A stretch of 64,000 bases of DNA from a virus. Below are positions 60,040-64,000 of the stretch, one piece after another. The DNA is taken from the IMG/VR virus record IMGVR_UViG_3300025519_000044, positions 27,359 to 91,358 of that record; one strand, 5' to 3'. The translations under genes were made by a program, and so were the position numbers. Within the stretch, counting starts at the first letter, position 1; each line of letters starts with the position of its first letter. Under the pieces are notes generated by a model. That model was given only the letters and a program-made list of their open reading frames with translations. It had not been told where the DNA came from and made no database searches.

Positions 60040-60507
60040 TCATTTTTCTTTTGGATTGTCTTCCAGAACCGCGTTTTCTCTCTCTAAATCCTTTATAAAC
60101 TCAGCAAAACTATAGTCCCGACGATCGATGAAGTAGGAAGCATCCGTTTTGTTTTTGATGATATAATTTCTGACTTGTTTCATTCCTTTTCGTATTTTCT
60201 CGTGATACTCAGGCTTGTACTCATGCAACATGTAATCCAGTCTTTCCTGATACAATTCACCAATTACATTCAGGCGGATTGAGTTTGCCCAGGCTACCTG
60301 CTTTTCACTTCCTGTTAATTCCGGCAGGCCCATTTCCTTTGCCGTTTCTACTGCTTTTTGATTTTCTTCCGCCAATTTTTTCTTCCAACATTCTGGGCAA
60401 AGTTTTGAAAATTCCTTTTTTTCTTTCCAATCCCGGTCTTTCACGGGCCCGTAAATCTGCACCCTGCCAGGATGCCCACATGCATAAACGCCTTCATGCC
60501 ATGCCAT
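60040..60507 (-). CDS. Hypothetical with CGH..CPEC Zn finger and LTGSEKQVAWA motif (Acr candidate)
   Basis: AGGAGG RBS; motifs visible in translation. Confidence 0.75.
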   Translation of the reverse strand: MAWHEGVYACGHPGRVQIYGPVKDRDWKEKKEFSKLCPECWKKKLAEENQKAVETAKEMGLPELTGSEKQVAWANSIRLNVIGELYQERLDYMLHEYKPEYHEKIRKGMKQVRNYIIKNKTDASYFIDRRDYSFAEFIKDLERENAVLEDNPKEK

Positions 60508-60551
60508 TTTTATTCCTCCTAATTTTTTATGTAGCCCCGGTTAACGGGGGC

Positions 60552-60944
60552 TTATTTTACATCCCAGGCCTCTACAGCTTCTTGTAGTTCCGCCATGGCC
60601 TGTTTTTCCGTGGCGTGCCAGCTTATTCCGTTCTCTCCGTCCGGGATGTTGTATGACGGCACTTCATCGGCGTACGGATATTCTGGACCCCAAGCGAAAA
60701 AGTATTTTCCATTTTCGGCTTTTCCGACGACGTAAGCCTCGCCATTGATTGGGAAGTTGTCCCGCATCTCGATAATTTTTTCAACCTTCACTTTCAATTC
60801 CTCCTCTTTTTCTTCCACGTATTTTTTCATCAGTTGGCGAATGACTTCACTGCCATTCACCATCAGCGCGTCGGTGACGCGGCTGAACCTTTCGGCTAGA
60901 TCTACATCAATTCGAAATGTCCGAGTTGTTTTCATTTTTTCCAT
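60552..60944 (-). CDS. Ribbon-helix-helix fused to acidic domain
   Basis: TTRTFRIDVDL..F..SEVIRQLMKKYVE; homolog 21337-21729. Confidence 0.78.
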   Translation of the reverse strand: MEKMKTTRTFRIDVDLAERFSRVTDALMVNGSEVIRQLMKKYVEEKEEELKVKVEKIIEMRDNFPINGEAYVVGKAENGKYFFAWGPEYPYADEVPSYNIPDGENGISWHATEKQAMAELQEAVEAWDVK

Positions 60945-60967
60945 TCCCCCTCCTTTATCTTGATTTA

Positions 60968-61003
60968 ATTATACCATAAACGTATTTACATGTAAATACG
61001 TTT
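60968..61003 (-). promoter_or_regulatory. Promoter with perfect 26-bp palindromic operator
   Basis: TTTACA-17-TATAAT; AAACGTATTTACATGTAAATACGTTT 60978-61003. Confidence 0.85.
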
Positions 61004-61016
61004 TTTAAATTTTTTA

Positions 61017-61406
61017 TTAAATCAATTTGAGTACTTCTTCGTACTCAACGGCTTTCTTTTCGCCGTTTTCAACGATGAAGTATTCGCGGTTATCGCCCGA
61101 TTTCTTTTCATATATGCCGTTTTCTTCGATGTAATAGAAATCATAACCTGTTTTCCCGGAGTATGAACGCTCTTTTTCGTCGGCTTTAAGGAATTGACGG
61201 TCCAGTTTATATTTTGGATGGCGGCCGACGATTTTCGCGACGTAGCAGCTTTTGTAACCGACCATAACGGTTACTTTCACGAATTTTGGTTGTTTCACTT
61301 CTTGCCAAGCCATTTTTAATGCGATTGCGAAATATTCTTTTACTTTACCTCCAAACTTCTTTTGGCCTTCACGTGCAATTTCCCAAGCGCGACGCATAAC
61401 GTTCAT
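61017..61406 (-). CDS. Hypothetical (Acr candidate)
   Basis: N-terminus shared with 22455-22826; C-terminus unrelated. Confidence 0.75.
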   Translation of the reverse strand: MNVMRRAWEIAREGQKKFGGKVKEYFAIALKMAWQEVKQPKFVKVTVMVGYKSCYVAKIVGRHPKYKLDRQFLKADEKERSYSGKTGYDFYYIEENGIYEKKSGDNREYFIVENGEKKAVEYEEVLKLI

Positions 61407-61438
61407 TTTCCTTATCTCCTTTCCTTTATCTTGATTTC

Positions 61439-61471
61439 ATTGTACCATGTTTGTATTTACATGTAAATACA
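61439..61471 (-). promoter_or_regulatory. Promoter with 20-bp palindromic operator
   Basis: TTTACA-17-TACAAT; TGTATTTACATGTAAATACA 61452-61471. Confidence 0.85.
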
Positions 61472-61531
61472 TTTTTTAAAAATTTTTATGGTTTTTTTCA
61501 AAAAAAATATCCCGCCAACGAATGGGCGAGA

Positions 61532-62191
61532 TTACTTTTTCTTTTTCTCCAACTTGTCTAGGTAGGGCTGAAAATATTTTTCTTCGCCTTTTTTCCGTGC
61601 TTCGATTGCATCCTCAATTTTTTCGTACTCACCTAGATAGATCCTTTTTCCTTTTATACTTATTTGCGCTACATATTTTCGCCTAGCGCGACTGAAAGTG
61701 ACTCCTTTATGTCCAGTTGTGTTATCAGCACGAAGCTTGCTTTTCAGTAGGGACGTCATCACACCGTCTTTCCTAAAATTACGCTCGTTGTGTTCTCGCA
61801 AGCCCTTTGTTCTTTCGCGGCGATGACATCCGCAACTTTTTACGCCTCCCATGGTTAAATAAGTGGACAAAACATCTATTTCTTTACCACAATCGCATTT
61901 GCAATGCCAAACGGTTTTTTCTTGGGTAGCATGCTTTTTGTCCGATCTTCCTATTACCAATAATTTACCAAATCGTTTTCCAGTAAGATCAATAGAATTT
62001 TTTTTCGATGCGGACTCCCGTTGTAAACACCCGCATGACATTGTGTGTCCAGACCTAAGTGCTCTCATCTCTATTATTTTTTCGTTTCCACAGTCACATT
62101 TACAAAGAAACCGCCTCGTATAACCTCTCCTTTCCACTTCTTTTATTACCGTTAGCCGTCCGTACCGTTCACCTGTTATATCAATGGTCAC
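61532..62191 (-). CDS. AP2-domain protein with two Cys repeats (homing-endonuclease-related)
   Basis: Two D.TG.R.G.L..C.CDCG..SCGC repeats; N.TG.KGV..A.I..YLG..A..AR. Confidence 0.85.
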   Translation of the reverse strand: MTIDITGERYGRLTVIKEVERRGYTRRFLCKCDCGNEKIIEMRALRSGHTMSCGCLQRESASKKNSIDLTGKRFGKLLVIGRSDKKHATQEKTVWHCKCDCGKEIDVLSTYLTMGGVKSCGCHRRERTKGLREHNERNFRKDGVMTSLLKSKLRADNTTGHKGVTFSRARRKYVAQISIKGKRIYLGEYEKIEDAIEARKKGEEKYFQPYLDKLEKKKK

Positions 62192-62291
62192 TTTTCACAC
62201 CCTCCCAAAAAATTTTCACGTTTTCGATAATACAATTATATAACGAATAATTCTGCGAAAAAATCCCGAAAAAATTTTTTCAGGGGAGATA

Positions 62292-62418
62292 TAGACAAAA
62301 TAAGCAAATTTTCTTATAATTTTGTTAGCAGGCGTTCCCAATTGTCCATGTATTTTGCAAAAAATACCCCCCTATGCCTGCACAAAAATAGAGCAGGTGG
62401 CTGGCCTGCTCTTTTTTT
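62292..62418 (+). ncRNA. Promoter plus C-rich sRNA, copy 2 (RNA ~62327-62418)
   Basis: Near-identical to 22966-23090 although flanking genes differ. Confidence 0.65.
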
Positions 62419-62439
62419 ACGGATGGGAAGGGAGTTTCT

Positions 62440-62658
62440 CTAATCTTCCCACACGTCATCCATCAACTTTTCAATTTCTCTCTTCATTTCATCGGTGCGT
62501 TTTTTGTCAACTCGATATTCGCCGTTTTCATAAATCAATGCATCGCCTTCTTTGGCACTTATGGGCAACTTACTTCTTTCAATGTCAACTAGTTTCATGT
62601 TTTCATCTTCACAAACGGCAAACTTTTCTTCAAAATGGTCAATGATGTATCGCTTCAT
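62440..62658 (-). CDS. DUF3006 family protein
   Basis: IID.FE..FAV.E and LP..AKEGD motifs. Confidence 0.85.
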   Translation of the reverse strand: MKRYIIDHFEEKFAVCEDENMKLVDIERSKLPISAKEGDALIYENGEYRVDKKRTDEMKREIEKLMDDVWED

Positions 62659-62663
62659 TTAAG

Positions 62664-63800
62664 TCACCTCGGCGTAAAAGACGTTTGTGTTTTGTATGTT
62701 TTGCCTTTGTAACTTGCCAAGACATCCACTTTTACTTTATACCCCTTTGCTGCCCGGCTTATTTTAATAGGGAGTTTCGAGCCGACTTTCCCATTGTATG
62801 TCGTATTTTTTGACTTATAGTGGCAAACTGCTTTATATTTTGTGCCGTTGGGCAGCCCTCGGACCGTCAGGTAAATCGTGCTGTATTGTTTTGGTCTCGA
62901 GTTGCTTACAGACGCAGACAGCTTGTAAGATGATTTTGCCACTGTACTGGTGGTAGACGTGCTAACCGGTTTAGTGTTAAAACTCAAATTTTTGCCATCC
63001 GTGGTTGCCACGATCGTGCCTTGTTTATCCGTACGAAAAATCTTTACTTTAGCAGATTTTAGGCGATTAAGCGTGTCCGCTGTAGGGTGGCCGTAGCTGT
63101 TTCCTTTACCAACGCTAATTACGGCATAAGCGGGTTTAACAGCCCGCAAAAAAGCGGTACTTGTGGACGTTTTAGCTCCGTGATGACCAACTTTTAAAAC
63201 GTCCGATCGTAAATATTGTTTGGATTTAATCATGTCCGTTTCAGCTTTAAATTCTGCATCACCGGTAAACAAGAATGATTTCTTGCCATACTGTACCCGC
63301 AAAACAGCGCTGTTGTCATTTAAATCGCTGTAACTTTTTACCGGTCCGACGAATTTCGCCGAGACGCCTTTTACAGGCAAACTTACGCCTTTCGTAGCTG
63401 TTTTTGCTTTCAAGCCTTCATTTTTAACGGCTCTCAGCAAATTAGCATAAGTTTGGGTGCTGTTGGACACTTTTGGAGCATAAAAAGATTTGACTTTGTA
63501 TGCTTTTAAGACCTCGTCCAATCCGCCGATGTGATCGGCATCTGGATGTGTCGCGATCATCACTTCAATGTCACCGACATGTTGCCGTTTTAAATATGAT
63601 ACTACTTTGTTTCCGTCACGGCCGCCATCAATTATGATGTCCTCTCCGTTTGGTGCCTTAATATAAATCGAGTCACCCTGTCCAACGTTTATGTAGTGGA
63701 CATACATTTTCTTTGTTGCCGCGTCCGGGCTTTGTGGCAACGCTACCAAAGACAGCAATAAAGCGAGCGCAACTAAGACTTTAAACCTAAAATTTTTCAT
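62664..63800 (-). CDS. Secreted ComEC/Rec2-like MBL-fold metallohydrolase
   Basis: Signal peptide; VGQGD, THPDADHIGG, TGD and HHG motifs; GAGGTG RBS. Confidence 0.9.
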   Translation of the reverse strand: MKNFRFKVLVALALLLSLVALPQSPDAATKKMYVHYINVGQGDSIYIKAPNGEDIIIDGGRDGNKVVSYLKRQHVGDIEVMIATHPDADHIGGLDEVLKAYKVKSFYAPKVSNSTQTYANLLRAVKNEGLKAKTATKGVSLPVKGVSAKFVGPVKSYSDLNDNSAVLRVQYGKKSFLFTGDAEFKAETDMIKSKQYLRSDVLKVGHHGAKTSTSTAFLRAVKPAYAVISVGKGNSYGHPTADTLNRLKSAKVKIFRTDKQGTIVATTDGKNLSFNTKPVSTSTTSTVAKSSYKLSASVSNSRPKQYSTIYLTVRGLPNGTKYKAVCHYKSKNTTYNGKVGSKLPIKISRAAKGYKVKVDVLASYKGKTYKTQTSFTPR

Positions 63801-63950
63801 CTGCACCTCTCCCTTCGTGAATATTTTATATGAGAATTTTGGATATGCAATGGGTTTTTGAAAAAAATATGTAAATGCCTGCAAAAAAGAGCAGGCTTTC
63901 ACCTGCTCTTTTTTCTACTCAATACAGCTGGCTGGCTGTCATCTTTTGAG

Positions 63951-63990
63951 TTGTTGACGAATTGTTGACGAAATTCATCATTGTTGACCA
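63951..63990 (+). repeat. TTGTTGAC(G/C)A direct repeats, probable integrase arm sites
   Basis: Copies at 63951, 63962, 63981. Confidence 0.55.
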
Positions 63991-64000
63991 TTTTACTCCC

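Noticed and set aside
63831-63846. TTTGGATAT shared with the guide-like tail
   Set aside because: Seed positions 1-5 do not match and there is no TTC PAM.

Overview
The window is almost entirely phage DNA from a Bacillaceae-like host; the species cannot be fixed from sequence. It holds two siphovirus gene sets joined head-to-tail. (1) 1-23,990: the late half of an A118/SPP1-type prophage (portal, minor capsid, scaffold, capsid, tail, tape measure, Dit, Tal/fibre, lysis), followed by a leftward accessory block. (2) 23,995-24,018: an att core matching the 3' end of a tRNA-Arg, flanked on both sides by the same arm repeats, so it looks like an intact attP. (3) 24,120-63,990: a full gene set with integrase, CI/Cro switch, replication, HK97-type packaging and head, tail, lysis and a second, homologous leftward accessory block. 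The main result lies in the two post-lysis accessory blocks, which look like combined RNA and protein anti-CRISPR islands. Both contain a promoter-driven solitary type I-C-like CRISPR repeat with a conserved guide-like tail and terminator, an operon of small unknown genes with palindromic operators and a ribbon-helix-helix fusion gene, and a conserved C-rich sRNA. Block 1 also carries a repeat-spacer-repeat mini-array of a different (I-B-like) repeat family with its own perfect sigma-A promoter. No cas genes are in the window. Family assignments come from motif recognition and gene order, not database searches.
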